DNA of 64,000 nt from Candidatus Roseilinea sp. (GTDB taxonomy: Bacteria; Chloroflexota; Anaerolineae; J036; Brachytrichaceae): assembly GCA_025055235.1 (NCBI GenBank), contig JANWYN010000068.1:43630-107629 (forward strand). Reading direction: 5' to 3'. Numbering within the stretch: the stretch's first letter is position 1; each line of letters opens with the position of its first letter. Position numbers and translations under genes: made by a program. The notes under the pieces were generated by a model, which was not told the origin of the DNA, made no database searches, and worked only from the letters and a program-made list of their open reading frames with translations. Positions 50,235 through 59,566 of this stretch are shown piece after piece.

Positions 50235-50801
50235 TCAGCTCAACTGCTGCTTGAGCAGCGACTTCAGGCGGTTCATTCCTTGCAACGCCCAACTGTGCAC
50301 GGTGCCGAGCGGTTCACCGAGCTGCTCGGCGATCTCCCGATGAGTCAATCCCCAGAAGAACGACAGCTCGATCACCTGGCGATGACGTTCCGGCAATTGT
50401 GATACCGCAGCGCGCACGCGGTCGGTCGCGATGTTGGCGAAGGCGTGTTCGAACACGTCGGTCTCGCGATCCTCGAAGTCCCAGTCTGCGTCGCTGTGCG
50501 CGTCCATCTCCACGTCTGGTTTGCGCTTACGCTGCGCGTCAATGGCCAAGCGATGCACGATGGTGAGCAGCCAAGCGCGAACGTTGCCGCCGGCGCCGGT
50601 GTCGAAGCGCGCTGCACGTTGCCACACGCGGCAGAACGCCTCTTGGACGATGTCCTCGGCAGCCGCACGATCCTGCATCATGCGCATGGCCAAGCCAAGC
50701 GCTTGAGCGGCGTAACGCTCGTAAAGAAGTTCGAACGCCCATCGCTCCCCTCGTGCGATGCGCGCAACGAGTTCCTGGTCGCTAGGATGCTGCTGTGCCA
50801 T
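50235..50801 (-). CDS. ECF sigma factor (SigK-like), paralog 2.
   Basis: EDIVQEAFCRVWQRAARFD…AWLLTIVHRLAIDAQRKRK and a region-4 HTH (IELSFFWGLTHREIAEQLGEPLGTVHSWALQGMNRLK). Confidence 0.85.
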   Translation of the reverse strand: MAQQHPSDQELVARIARGERWAFELLYERYAAQALGLAMRMMQDRAAAEDIVQEAFCRVWQRAARFDTGAGGNVRAWLLTIVHRLAIDAQRKRKPDVEMDAHSDADWDFEDRETDVFEHAFANIATDRVRAAVSQLPERHRQVIELSFFWGLTHREIAEQLGEPLGTVHSWALQGMNRLKSLLKQQLS

Positions 50802-51010
50802 CGGTATCCACGCTCGTGCGCCGGTACCGATTCAACCACATTATTCGATTTCGTTCAATCACAACAAGTTTGCGCCCCGACCACCTTCTTCGAGCGCCAC
50901 AACGCACATCGGCCGCCGGCTCGACGCACGGGCTCGATCGTCCATCGGGGCAGGTTCATCTTTGATATATAACGCGCCGGCCTGCAAGTTGCATTTCCCT
51001 GCGCTCCGGC

Positions 51011-51550
51011 TCAGGCGGGATTGTCCTCGCGCGCGGTAAGGGGCGCAGCGTTGGGGGAATCGTGGGTGGGCGCGCCGGCAGCCGGCGCCGGCGGCTGATC
51101 GCCGATTATGGGGCTGGGATGTTCCTCAACGATGGCGACCGGATTGGCCTCTGCCCCGGATGTGGTGGGTTTGCGAGTAGGCGGCGCTTCGCCTTGTGTG
51201 GTAGCCGAAGTGGCGGTTTGTGCAGCCGCGCCCATTTCGAACGGGTCCTCGCCCCACACCTCGGCGAACATCAGCGAGACGATGTCGCGGGCGAACATCA
51301 TCAAGTCGGCGCCGGCAGCACGCCCCTGCGCCGAGTTCAGCGCGTAGTTCAGCGCCGCCATATCGGCGAAATACACGTCATGAACAAGATAGTAGGGCGG
51401 CGCGCCGCGCGGCGCGCCCAGCGCGCGGGAGACCGACGTGCGCACCACGCCCGGCATGGCGGCGATCAGCGGCACGTGGCGATGCGCGAAATGGTCCTCG
51501 AAGGCCTGGGGGTCCGCCGGCTGGCGAAAGAAGATGATGAGCTTGACCAT
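51011..51550 (-). CDS. EthD/Dabb-like alpha-beta-barrel domain protein with a Pro/Ala-rich C-terminal tail.
   Basis: MVKLIIFFRQPADPQAFEDHFAHRHVPLIAAMPGVVRTSVSRAL…YYLVHDVYFADMAALNYAL. Confidence 0.6.
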   Translation of the reverse strand: MVKLIIFFRQPADPQAFEDHFAHRHVPLIAAMPGVVRTSVSRALGAPRGAPPYYLVHDVYFADMAALNYALNSAQGRAAGADLMMFARDIVSLMFAEVWGEDPFEMGAAAQTATSATTQGEAPPTRKPTTSGAEANPVAIVEEHPSPIIGDQPPAPAAGAPTHDSPNAAPLTAREDNPA

Positions 51551-51583
51551 GGCTGACGCCTAAGTGTAATCCCAAGCGCCGGC

Positions 51584-52414
51584 TCACTTCGTCTCCGGTT
51601 CGCGCGGTTGGCCGAACCTGGTCTGGCGCTCGATATGCAGCACGGTGCGCGGGTGCGCTTCTTTGACGGCCGCGTCGAGGTTGCGCATGCGCTCGGCTTC
51701 AGCCTCGCCCGGCTTGGGCGATTTCGGCGGGTCGCCGGGTATTTCAACGTGCGTGATCTCTGCCATCCGCACTGAGATGCCATACCGGCATACGTGCGAG
51801 GAAGCCTGAGTCGCGATGGGATCAGCGATCTCTGCGAGCTTCCCGGCCAGGTCTTTCTTCGCATGACGAGCGACCTGATAGAGCATGGCCGATCGCAGCG
51901 CTTCTTCAAGAATCGCCTCCGGCTCGACTGCGCCGTCCAGGTAGCGTTCGATGTCGCAGATGCTCCACCAGGCGACCCACGACAACCTCACTTTGGCGTT
52001 GTCGGATGTGGTGCATTCTTGTTGGATCGGCATGCGCCGGTCGCGCAGGTCTTTCAGCTCGATCCTGAAATTGTGCTCGCCGTTCTGGGATATTTCGGTT
52101 GGGCCAAGCACAATCCGCATACGCCGCTCTTGTTTCATGACCAGCGCGGCATACCTGTGCGGTACTTGCTGCTTGCGCACCGCGATGAAGCGAGAAAGGC
52201 TCAATAGCCCTAGAAAGATCAGTGACGCCACCACAATACAGAACGCGCCCAGGACAAGGCCGGCGAAACGGTCTTCTGCCGTCAAGGCGAGCACAAACGT
52301 CAGGCCCACAGCCGCGATGACCGGAATCAAACCCGCAACAACGACGACTTCGCGCGATCCGGGCTGTTCTAGGGAATCAAGCAAGCGACTCCGCGGCTGC
52401 TGTGGTTCGTTCAT
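51584..52414 (-). CDS. SPFH/Band-7 domain membrane protein.
   Basis: Two N-terminal TM helices followed by an SPFH-like region (…KVRLSWVAWWSICDIERYLDGAVEPEAILEEALRSAMLYQVARHAKKDLAGK…GISVRMAEITHVEIP). Confidence 0.6.
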   Translation of the reverse strand: MNEPQQPRSRLLDSLEQPGSREVVVVAGLIPVIAAVGLTFVLALTAEDRFAGLVLGAFCIVVASLIFLGLLSLSRFIAVRKQQVPHRYAALVMKQERRMRIVLGPTEISQNGEHNFRIELKDLRDRRMPIQQECTTSDNAKVRLSWVAWWSICDIERYLDGAVEPEAILEEALRSAMLYQVARHAKKDLAGKLAEIADPIATQASSHVCRYGISVRMAEITHVEIPGDPPKSPKPGEAEAERMRNLDAAVKEAHPRTVLHIERQTRFGQPREPETK

Positions 52415-52559
52415 CCTGCTAGTTCACACGACATTGCATCGGAGGGAGATCCGGCCCAACATCGCGCGCCCCGTTGCCTCCCCCATAGCACCTTCTTTCG
52501 CTCAGTCCACGTCGGTTGGACAGACCGCTTAGACAGCAGTTTATCTACGCGCAGCCATG

Positions 52560-52594
52560 TTGACAACCTTAAAAAATCTGGGTAGACTTGCCTC
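52560..52594 (+). promoter_or_regulatory. Putative sigma70 promoter for nusA (TTGACA-N17-TAGACT), followed by a leader hairpin with a T-rich tract (52626-52660).
   Basis: ttgacaaccttaaaaaatctgggtagact. Downstream agtggg-tcgaataag-cccact + ttcgcttttct lies about 20 nt before the nusA ATG. Confidence 0.35.
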
Positions 52595-52676
52595 ACTACA
52601 ACTTCACGCGACGCGGGACGGAAGTGGGTCGAATAAGCCCACTTTCGCTTTTCTAAGACGCATGAGGTAACGGGCC

Positions 52677-54539
52677 ATGAAAAGCGAATTTGCACTTGCT
52701 CTCAATCAGATTGGCGCCGAGCGCAGCCTGCCGCGCGAGATCATCACTAAGGTGATCGAAAGCGCGCTCGTGCAGTGCTATCGCAAATACGCCAACGTGA
52801 TGAACAGCCAGCACGTGGCCGCCGTGGTAGACATGGAGAGCGGCGATATGCGCGTCTTCGTCGAGAAGGAGGTCGTCGAGGACGTGATGGACGACCGCAC
52901 CGAAGTCTCGTTGCAGGACGCCCTGAAGCAGAAGCCGGACGCCGTCCTGGGCGATTGCATTATGGTAGACGTCACGCCGAAGGACTTCGGACGCATCGCC
53001 GCACAGAACGCCAAGCAGCTCATCGTGCAGAAGCTGCGCGAGGCCGAGCGCGACTTCCAATACAACCAGTTCGTCGAGCGCGAGGGCGAGATCGTGAGAG
53101 GCATGGTGCAAAGCGTGACTAACGCCGGCGTGGTGGTCAACCTGGGCCGCATCGAAGCCACCCTGCCGCGCAAAGAGCAGATCCCCGGCGAGAAGTACGA
53201 AGTCCAGCAGTATGTGCGCGCCTACGTCACCGAGGTCAAGCGCACCGGTCGCGGCCCGCAGGTGACGCTGTCGCGCACCCACAAGAACTTCCTGCGCCGG
53301 CTGCTGGAGATCGAAGTGCCCGAAATCGCCAACGGCCTGGTGGAGATCAAGTCCATCATCCGCGAGCCCGGCTCGCGCTCGAAGATCGCGGTGGCGGCGC
53401 TGCAGCCGAACGTAGATCCGGTGGGCGCGTGCGTCGGACAGCGTGGCACGCGCATCCAGAACATCATCAACGAGCTGCACGGCGAGAAGATAGATGTGAT
53501 CGAGTGGAGCGCCGACCCGACGGTATACATCGCCAAGGCGCTCGGCCCGGCGAAGGTGATGGCCGTCCATCCCATAGACAGCAAGAGCGCCTTGGTCATC
53601 GTGCCCACCGACCAGCTCTCGCTGGCGATCGGGCGCGAAGGCCAGAATGCGCGACTGGCCGCCCGGCTGACCGGATGGCGGATTGACATCAAGAGCAGCA
53701 GCGAGGCGCTCAGCGAGGCGCTCAACAAGATCTCCGAGGATCCCGACCTGCAGGCATGGGTAGGCGATGAAATCATGCAAGCCCTGCCGGCGCTGCGCGA
53801 ACTCCTCGTGCGCCAGCGCGCGCTGCCGACGGCGCTGACGCCGGAGGAATTCACGCTGGTCAAGCGCGTGGTGGATAGCGTCCACGCCTATGAAGTCGCG
53901 CGCCGGTCGAACGCCGATAAGGTCAAGCCCGTGGTGCGCGAGACGCAAGCCGAAGAGCGCCGGCAAGCACGCCAGGCAGCGCTCGCAGCCATCCCGCAGG
54001 CCGCTTACGCCATGCCGTTGGAGGAGCTGGGCCTGTCGCCCCGCGTCGCACAACACATCATCGCGGCCGGCATCGTCTCGGTCGGGCAATTGCTCGAGCA
54101 GAGCGTGCGCGGCGATGAGGGCTTCTTGGCCATTGAGGGCATCGGCCCGAAGGCGCTGAACGAGATCAAGCAGGCGCTCGACAAAGTGGTGGGCCAGTGG
54201 AAGGTGACGTCTGAGACGATGCCGGTTGCCGCCGGCGATGGCGGTAGCGCGCCGGCAGAAGCCAAACCGGCAACCGAAGCGGCTGCGCCCAAGGAGGAGG
54301 AGACGACCGAGCAAGCGCAGCAGTATTTCATCGAGGCCATGAGCGAGGGCGAGGACGAAGACGAGGAGGACGAAGACGTCAAAAGCGCCAAGCCGGCCAA
54401 GCCCAAGAAGAAAGACGCCAAAGGCAAGAAGCCGGCCAAAGATCGCCTACTCGTCTATGACGAAGAGCTGGGTCGCCTCGTGACGCAACACCCGCGCAAA
54501 CCGGGGCGCTATGATGACCTGGATGATCTCGACATCTGA
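52677..54539 (+). CDS. nusA: Transcription termination/antitermination factor NusA with an extended acidic and lysine-rich C-terminal tail.
   Basis: N-terminal NusA domain, S1 and tandem KH regions (…GPQVTLSRTHKNFLRRLLEIEVPEI…VGACVGQRGTRIQNI…), C-terminal HhH-like repeats then EDEDEEDEDVKSAKPAKPKKKDAKGKK. Confidence 0.9.
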   Translation: MKSEFALALNQIGAERSLPREIITKVIESALVQCYRKYANVMNSQHVAAVVDMESGDMRVFVEKEVVEDVMDDRTEVSLQDALKQKPDAVLGDCIMVDVTPKDFGRIAAQNAKQLIVQKLREAERDFQYNQFVEREGEIVRGMVQSVTNAGVVVNLGRIEATLPRKEQIPGEKYEVQQYVRAYVTEVKRTGRGPQVTLSRTHKNFLRRLLEIEVPEIANGLVEIKSIIREPGSRSKIAVAALQPNVDPVGACVGQRGTRIQNIINELHGEKIDVIEWSADPTVYIAKALGPAKVMAVHPIDSKSALVIVPTDQLSLAIGREGQNARLAARLTGWRIDIKSSSEALSEALNKISEDPDLQAWVGDEIMQALPALRELLVRQRALPTALTPEEFTLVKRVVDSVHAYEVARRSNADKVKPVVRETQAEERRQARQAALAAIPQAAYAMPLEELGLSPRVAQHIIAAGIVSVGQLLEQSVRGDEGFLAIEGIGPKALNEIKQALDKVVGQWKVTSETMPVAAGDGGSAPAEAKPATEAAAPKEEETTEQAQQYFIEAMSEGEDEDEEDEDVKSAKPAKPKKKDAKGKKPAKDRLLVYDEELGRLVTQHPRKPGRYDDLDDLDI

Positions 54540-54550
54540 ACCGGTCGAAG

Positions 54551-54847
54551 GTGAGCAGGACGAAGCGCAAGCGCTCGGGCGGCAAGCATGTGCCCATGCG
54601 CACCTGCATCGGCACACGCACGCAGCACCCGAAGCGGGATATGATTCGTTTGATCCGGACGGACGACGGTCACGTCGTGATTGACCTGACCGGCAAGCGT
54701 TCGGGCAGCCGCGGCGCGTATCTTTCGAAGAGCCGCGCCGCCGCTGAACAAGCGATCAAGCACAAGCGGCTGGAGGCCGCATTCGGCCAACCAGTCTTGA
54801 AGGAAGATGAGGAAGCCATCCTGGCGTTCTTCAGTCAGTTCGACTAA
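54551..54847 (+). CDS. ylxR: YlxR/DUF448-family protein (RnpM-like).
   Basis: VPMRTCIGTR…MIRLIRTDDGHVVIDLTGKRSGRGAYL is a DUF448 signature, at the usual position between nusA and infB. GTG start. Confidence 0.75.
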   Translation: MSRTKRKRSGGKHVPMRTCIGTRTQHPKRDMIRLIRTDDGHVVIDLTGKRSGSRGAYLSKSRAAAEQAIKHKRLEAAFGQPVLKEDEEAILAFFSQFD

Positions 54848-54905
54848 GGTCGCAATTTGTGACCAGTGAAGGTCGAACGCTGAGGCCTTTTCAGCAGACT
54901 TGAAG

Positions 54906-54939
54906 CAACGCAGGCTTCTCACGAGCCTGCGTTGTTATT
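54906..54939 (+). terminator. Terminator/attenuator-like hairpin in the ylxR-infB intergenic region.
   Basis: caacgcaggct-tctcacg-agcctgcgttg followed by TTATT. A second long-range inverted repeat (gaggcttgagccg … cggctgaagcctc) follows. Confidence 0.35.
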
Positions 54940-55063
54940 GCCGGCGCTCGGCGGTGCGCATGCGACGCCTGGAGTAGAGGCTTGAGCCGATCATCGGCGC
55001 GACGACCGGCTGAAGCCTCCACTCCAACGCACTGCGGAGCGCGGCGAAGAGAGGTGATCCATT

Positions 55064-57076
55064 ATGGCGGTAGAGACGAAAACTCCTACAAAGAATCCGG
55101 CGCCGGGCAACCGGAACAGCGGGCGCACCAGCGACCCGCGGCGTGACGCGCCTCGCTCCGGCGGGCCATCGCAGCCGAGGCCGCCGGCTAAGCCATCCGA
55201 GCCGAAGCCGGCCAAACCGGCCGAGCCGAAGGTGATCGAGTTGCCGGAGTCCATTTCGCTGCGCGACCTGGCAGCCAAGATCAACGTTAGCCCGATCAAC
55301 GTCATCCGCGAGTTGATGCAGAACGGCGTGATGGCAACCATCAACCAGCAGCTTGACTTCGACACGGCAGCCATCGTCGCAAGCGCGTTCGGCTGGGAGG
55401 CACGTCCGATCCCGGTCGTGGTCGAATCGCAGATCCCGGAAGAGATGGCGGTGACGCCCGACGGCAAGCCTGCGCCGGCCGGTAAGGTCATGACGCTCAA
55501 GCAGCGTTTGCTGGCCAAGGAGCAGGCCGAAAACGAGAGCGCGCTGAAGCCGCGCCCGCCCATCGTCACCGTGATGGGGCACGTGGATCACGGCAAGACG
55601 TCGCTGCTGGACGCCATTCGCAAGACCGACGTGGCCAGCGCAGAGGCCGGCGGCATCACCCAGCACATCGGCGCCTACATGGTGGAACATCAGGGCAAGA
55701 AGGTGACCTTCCTCGATACGCCGGGCCACGAGGCCTTCACGGCCATGCGCGCGCGCGGCGCGCAGGTGACCGACATCGCCGTGCTGGTGGTCGCGGCAGA
55801 CGACGGCGTGATGCCCCAAACGCGTGAGGCCATCGCCCACGCACGAGCGGCGCAGGTGCCGATCATCGTCGCCATCAACAAGATTGACAAGCCGAACGCC
55901 AACCCAGAACTGGTGAAGAAGGAATTGAGCGAGCTCGGCCTCGTGCCCGACGAGTGGGGTGGCAACACGCTGTTCATTCCGGTCTCGGCCAAGCAGCGCA
56001 AGGGCATCGAGGATTTGATCGAGGGCATCCTGCTGGTAGCGGAGTCGCTCGACACGATCAAAGCGAATCCCAACCGCAGGGCCGTCGGCACGATCATCGA
56101 AAGCCACCTGAGCAAGTCAAAGGGCCCGATGGCGACCGTGCTGGTGCAGAACGGCACGCTCAACGTCGGCGATGCGTTCGTGGCCGGCGGCGTGTATGGC
56201 CGCGTGCGCGCCATGTTCGACTTCCGCGGCCAAAGCGTGAAGAAGGCCGGGCCGTCGGTGCCGGTCAGCATCACCGGCCTGTCGGAGGTGCCGATCGCCG
56301 GCGACGTGTTCGAAGTCGTCGAAGACGAGCGCACGGCGCGCGCACTCGCGGCGCAGCACCAGGCTAAGCGCGAGCGCGAGGGCACCGTCCCACGTGTCAC
56401 CAGCCTGGAGCAGTACTTCGCCATGGCCAAGGCCAGCAAGGCCAAGAAGATGTTCTTCATCATCAAGGCCGACAACCAAGGCTCGCTGCAACCCATCGTC
56501 GAGCAGTTGCAGAAGCTCAACAACACCATCGGCGGCGAGAAGGGCGAAGAGATACGGCTCGAAGTGATCTATCAGGGCACCGGCGACGTCACCGAAAGCG
56601 ACGTCAACCTGGCGATCGCATCCGGCGCGGTGATCCTCGGCTATGAGGTGGAGGTGGACACCGCTGCGCGGCGCAAGGCCGAGAGCAATCACGTGGACAT
56701 CCGCCTGTATAACGTGATCTACAACCTGCTCGAGGACGTGGAGCTGGCCATGAAGGGCATGCTCGCGCCGAAGATCGTCGAGAAGGTGGTCGGCGCCGCC
56801 GAGGTGAAGCAAACCTTCAAGATTCCCAAGGTCGGCGTGATCGCCGGTGTGCGCGTGACGAACGGTGTGGCGATGCGCAACGCGACGGCGCGCGTGTTGC
56901 GCGGCGGCCAAGTGCTGCACACCGGGCCGGTCGCCTCGCTCAAGCGATTGACGGAGGACGTGAAGGAAGTGCGCCAGGGCTTCGAGTGCGGTATCGGTCT
57001 CGAGGGCTTCGAGGGCTTCAAGCCAGGCGATGTGATCGAGTTCATCGTGCAAGAAGAGCAGACGCAGACCAAGTAG
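55064..57076 (+). CDS. infB: Translation initiation factor IF-2.
   Basis: G-domain [28 protein letters not shown]. Full IF-2 domain order. Confidence 0.9.
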   Translation: MAVETKTPTKNPAPGNRNSGRTSDPRRDAPRSGGPSQPRPPAKPSEPKPAKPAEPKVIELPESISLRDLAAKINVSPINVIRELMQNGVMATINQQLDFDTAAIVASAFGWEARPIPVVVESQIPEEMAVTPDGKPAPAGKVMTLKQRLLAKEQAENESALKPRPPIVTVMGHVDHGKTSLLDAIRKTDVASAEAGGITQHIGAYMVEHQGKKVTFLDTPGHEAFTAMRARGAQVTDIAVLVVAADDGVMPQTREAIAHARAAQVPIIVAINKIDKPNANPELVKKELSELGLVPDEWGGNTLFIPVSAKQRKGIEDLIEGILLVAESLDTIKANPNRRAVGTIIESHLSKSKGPMATVLVQNGTLNVGDAFVAGGVYGRVRAMFDFRGQSVKKAGPSVPVSITGLSEVPIAGDVFEVVEDERTARALAAQHQAKREREGTVPRVTSLEQYFAMAKASKAKKMFFIIKADNQGSLQPIVEQLQKLNNTIGGEKGEEIRLEVIYQGTGDVTESDVNLAIASGAVILGYEVEVDTAARRKAESNHVDIRLYNVIYNLLEDVELAMKGMLAPKIVEKVVGAAEVKQTFKIPKVGVIAGVRVTNGVAMRNATARVLRGGQVLHTGPVASLKRLTEDVKEVRQGFECGIGLEGFEGFKPGDVIEFIVQEEQTQTK

Positions 57077-57094
57077 ACAGCGCAGGCATGGACC

Positions 57095-57182
57095 GGGGAT
57101 CAGGTGACGGGGACAGCATCCAGCTCATCTCAACCCTGACCCCTGACCCCCGATCCCTGACCCCTGTCTCCTGATCCCTGAC
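57095..57182. repeat. Heptamer repeat element: an inverted arm (ggggatcaggtgacggggacag) followed by about 7 tandem CCCTGAC units ending 1 nt before the rbfA ATG.
   Basis: Reads ccctgac ccctgac ccccgat ccctgac ccctgtc tcctgat ccctgac. The upstream arm is partly reverse-complementary (GTCAGGG/CCCTGAC, GGGGACAG/CTGTCCCC). Confidence 0.8.
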
Positions 57183-57183
57183 C

Positions 57184-57552
57184 ATGAGCAAGAAGTACGA
57201 GAAGCGCGTCAACGAACTCATCCGCATGCATCTGGCCGAGTTGTTGGAACGTGAGTTGAACGACCCGCGCGTGAACGGCGCGCAGGTGACGATCACCGAT
57301 GTGGAGGTCACGCCCGACGTGCGCCACGCGAAGGTGTTCTACAGCCTGATCGGCGACGAAGCGCAAAAGGCCGAGGTCGCGCGTGGGTTGGAGAGCGCCG
57401 CCGGCTGGCTCAGCCGCGAGCTGGGCAAGCGCCTGCGCACGCGCCACACGCCGCAGTTAACGTTTGAATTCGACGAGTCGTTCGAGCGCGGCGACCGCCT
57501 GTCGCGGCTGCTGGACGAGTTGAGGGGCGACGAGGAGATACGAGCGTCTTAA
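57184..57552 (+). CDS. rbfA: Ribosome-binding factor A.
   Basis: RVNELIRMHLAELLEREL.DPR…VTITDVEVTPDVRHAKVFYS is the RbfA KH-like domain signature. Confidence 0.85.
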   Translation: MSKKYEKRVNELIRMHLAELLERELNDPRVNGAQVTITDVEVTPDVRHAKVFYSLIGDEAQKAEVARGLESAAGWLSRELGKRLRTRHTPQLTFEFDESFERGDRLSRLLDELRGDEEIRAS

Positions 57553-58526
57553 TGTTGACCGACCCTCGCACCTGGGCAGACGCCGAAGGCTATCTGCGCC
57601 GCGCTCAGTCTATCCTGGCAGTTACCCATGTTTCACCCGACGGCGATGCCATCGGTAGCTTGCTGGGGTTCACGCACGCCATGCGCGGCCTCGGCAAGCT
57701 GGTCACGCCGGCTTGCCAGGATCAGGCACATCCGCGATTCGACTACCTCAAGGGCGTGCGCGACATCCGCCAGTCCGGCGAGGGCGAGTTCGACTTGATC
57801 GTTTCGCTCGATTCGAGTGACCTGGCCCGCCTCGGGTCGGTCTTCATCCCGGCACAGCACAGTCACCTGCCGATCGTGGTGTTCGATCACCACATCACCA
57901 ACCTGAACTTCGGCGCGGTGAACGTGGTCGAGCCGGGCGCATCTTCGACGGCCGAGATCGTCTACACGCTGCTCCGGCGGATGGACGTGACGATCACTCC
58001 TGACATCGCCAACGCGCTGCTAACCGGCGTGATCACCGACACGCTGGCCTTCCGCACGTCGAGCACCACGCCCGATACGCTGGCCGTGGCGATGGACCTG
58101 ATGCGCTGCGGGGGCAACCTGCAAGAAGTCACGCGACAAGCGCTGGTGATGCGTTCGTTCGATTCGCTGCGTTTGTTGGGCGCCGGCCTGATGAACGCGC
58201 GGGTCGAGGGCCGGCTGGCCTACGCTACGCTGCCGCGCAAGCTGCGCAAGGAGCTGGACGTGAAGGAGGAACGCGGCGACGCCGGCCTGGTGGGCATGCT
58301 GATCACGGCCTACGAGGTGGATGTGGCTGCGGTGTTCGTGGAGCTGCAGAACGGCGAAATCGAAGTCGGCCTTCGCGCGCAGCCGGGCTTCGACGTGTCG
58401 CAGGTGGCACTCGAGCTGGGCGGAGGCGGTCACCCTGCCGCTGCCGGCTGCACGCTGCCCGGCCCGATGCGCGACGCAGTCAACCGCGTGCTGCCGCGCC
58501 TAAAGCAGGTGATTCGCGAAGCGTAG
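57552..58526 (+). CDS. nrnA: DHH/DHHA1 phosphoesterase NrnA (bifunctional oligoribonuclease / pAp phosphatase-like).
   Basis: DHH motifs HVSPDGDAIGS and DHH (VVFDHHIT). DHHA1 C-terminal GGGH (ELGGGGHPAAAG). Confidence 0.8.
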   Translation: MLTDPRTWADAEGYLRRAQSILAVTHVSPDGDAIGSLLGFTHAMRGLGKLVTPACQDQAHPRFDYLKGVRDIRQSGEGEFDLIVSLDSSDLARLGSVFIPAQHSHLPIVVFDHHITNLNFGAVNVVEPGASSTAEIVYTLLRRMDVTITPDIANALLTGVITDTLAFRTSSTTPDTLAVAMDLMRCGGNLQEVTRQALVMRSFDSLRLLGAGLMNARVEGRLAYATLPRKLRKELDVKEERGDAGLVGMLITAYEVDVAAVFVELQNGEIEVGLRAQPGFDVSQVALELGGGGHPAAAGCTLPGPMRDAVNRVLPRLKQVIREA

Positions 58527-58553
58527 CTGCCGGCTCGCGCACGGAGCGCTCCT

Positions 58554-59555
58554 ATGCTCGCGCTGCTTGCCCAGATCGCCCCACAACGCAGCACACAATA
58601 CAGCGCGCTCGCCAGCGCACTAGCGCCGCACGAGCTGCAACTGAGCGTCCTCCGTGAGCGAATCGCTTCGCTCAGCGCAGTGGAACTGGGCGGGCAGCCC
58701 TATCTGAAATGCGAGCTGTCTGCTCCGCCGACCGATGCGGATCTTGGCGAGCTGGGTATGTTCGCGACGATGAGTGCGTTCTTCGAGTATGCCGAACGCC
58801 TGGGCGAGCGCGATGGGCCGTGGCTGCGGCCCATCGAGACGCGCTTCCGGCCGGCCTTCCCGCCGGAATTGGCCGCCGCCCGGCGCTACAAGGGCAAGAC
58901 CAACGAGTTGTTCACGCATTTCATGTGCAACGTGGCGCGCTTCAGCAGCGCATTCGCCGGTTTGCCGTGGCGCGCGTTGCGCGTGTTCGACCCGCTGGCC
59001 GGCGGCGGGACGACGCTCTTCACGGCGCTCGTCCTCGGCGCAGAAGCGGCGGGGGTGGAGAGGTGCAGAGAAGACGTTGAATCTACGGTGGCCTTCTTGG
59101 CGCAATACGCCCGCGAGCAAGGCATCGCGCATACAGTGAAAGAAGAACGATTGAAGCAATTCGGCCGGCGCTGGCGATTCACGTTCGCAGCGGAAGGATT
59201 GCCGGCGCAGTGCGTGCTGGCGCGCGGCGAGACGGCGCACGCGGCGGCATTGATGGACGGCGTCAAACGTCCGCACTTGATCGTCGCCGATTTGCCCTAC
59301 GGCATCCGGCATCGCGGGGAGCTGGCCGAGCTGTTGGAAGCGGGGCTGCCGGTGTGGTCGGCGATGCTCCTCGAAGGCGGCGCGCTGGTGTTCGCCTGGG
59401 AGTCGGCCCGTTTCCCGCGCGCGGAGATGATCGGGCTAGTCGAGTCGTGCAGCGGACTGCACGTGTTGAACGAGCCGCCGTATGACCGGCTGGCGCATCG
59501 CGTAGACCGCGTCATCAAGCAACGCGATGTGATCGTGGCGCGGAAGGCGCCGTAG
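58554..59555 (+). CDS. Putative SAM-dependent (RNA) methyltransferase with a DPPY-like motif DLPYG.
   Basis: Motif I VFDPLAGGGTTLFTALVLG, motif IV LIVADLPYGIRH. An N-terminal non-catalytic domain. Confidence 0.5.
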   Translation: MLALLAQIAPQRSTQYSALASALAPHELQLSVLRERIASLSAVELGGQPYLKCELSAPPTDADLGELGMFATMSAFFEYAERLGERDGPWLRPIETRFRPAFPPELAAARRYKGKTNELFTHFMCNVARFSSAFAGLPWRALRVFDPLAGGGTTLFTALVLGAEAAGVERCREDVESTVAFLAQYAREQGIAHTVKEERLKQFGRRWRFTFAAEGLPAQCVLARGETAHAAALMDGVKRPHLIVADLPYGIRHRGELAELLEAGLPVWSAMLLEGGALVFAWESARFPRAEMIGLVESCSGLHVLNEPPYDRLAHRVDRVIKQRDVIVARKAP

Positions 59556-59566
59556 TTAGGTGCGCG

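Noticed and set aside
52653-54314. 553-aa minus-strand ORF antisense to nusA.
   Set aside because: nusA on the + strand is unambiguous. The antisense product is low-complexity.
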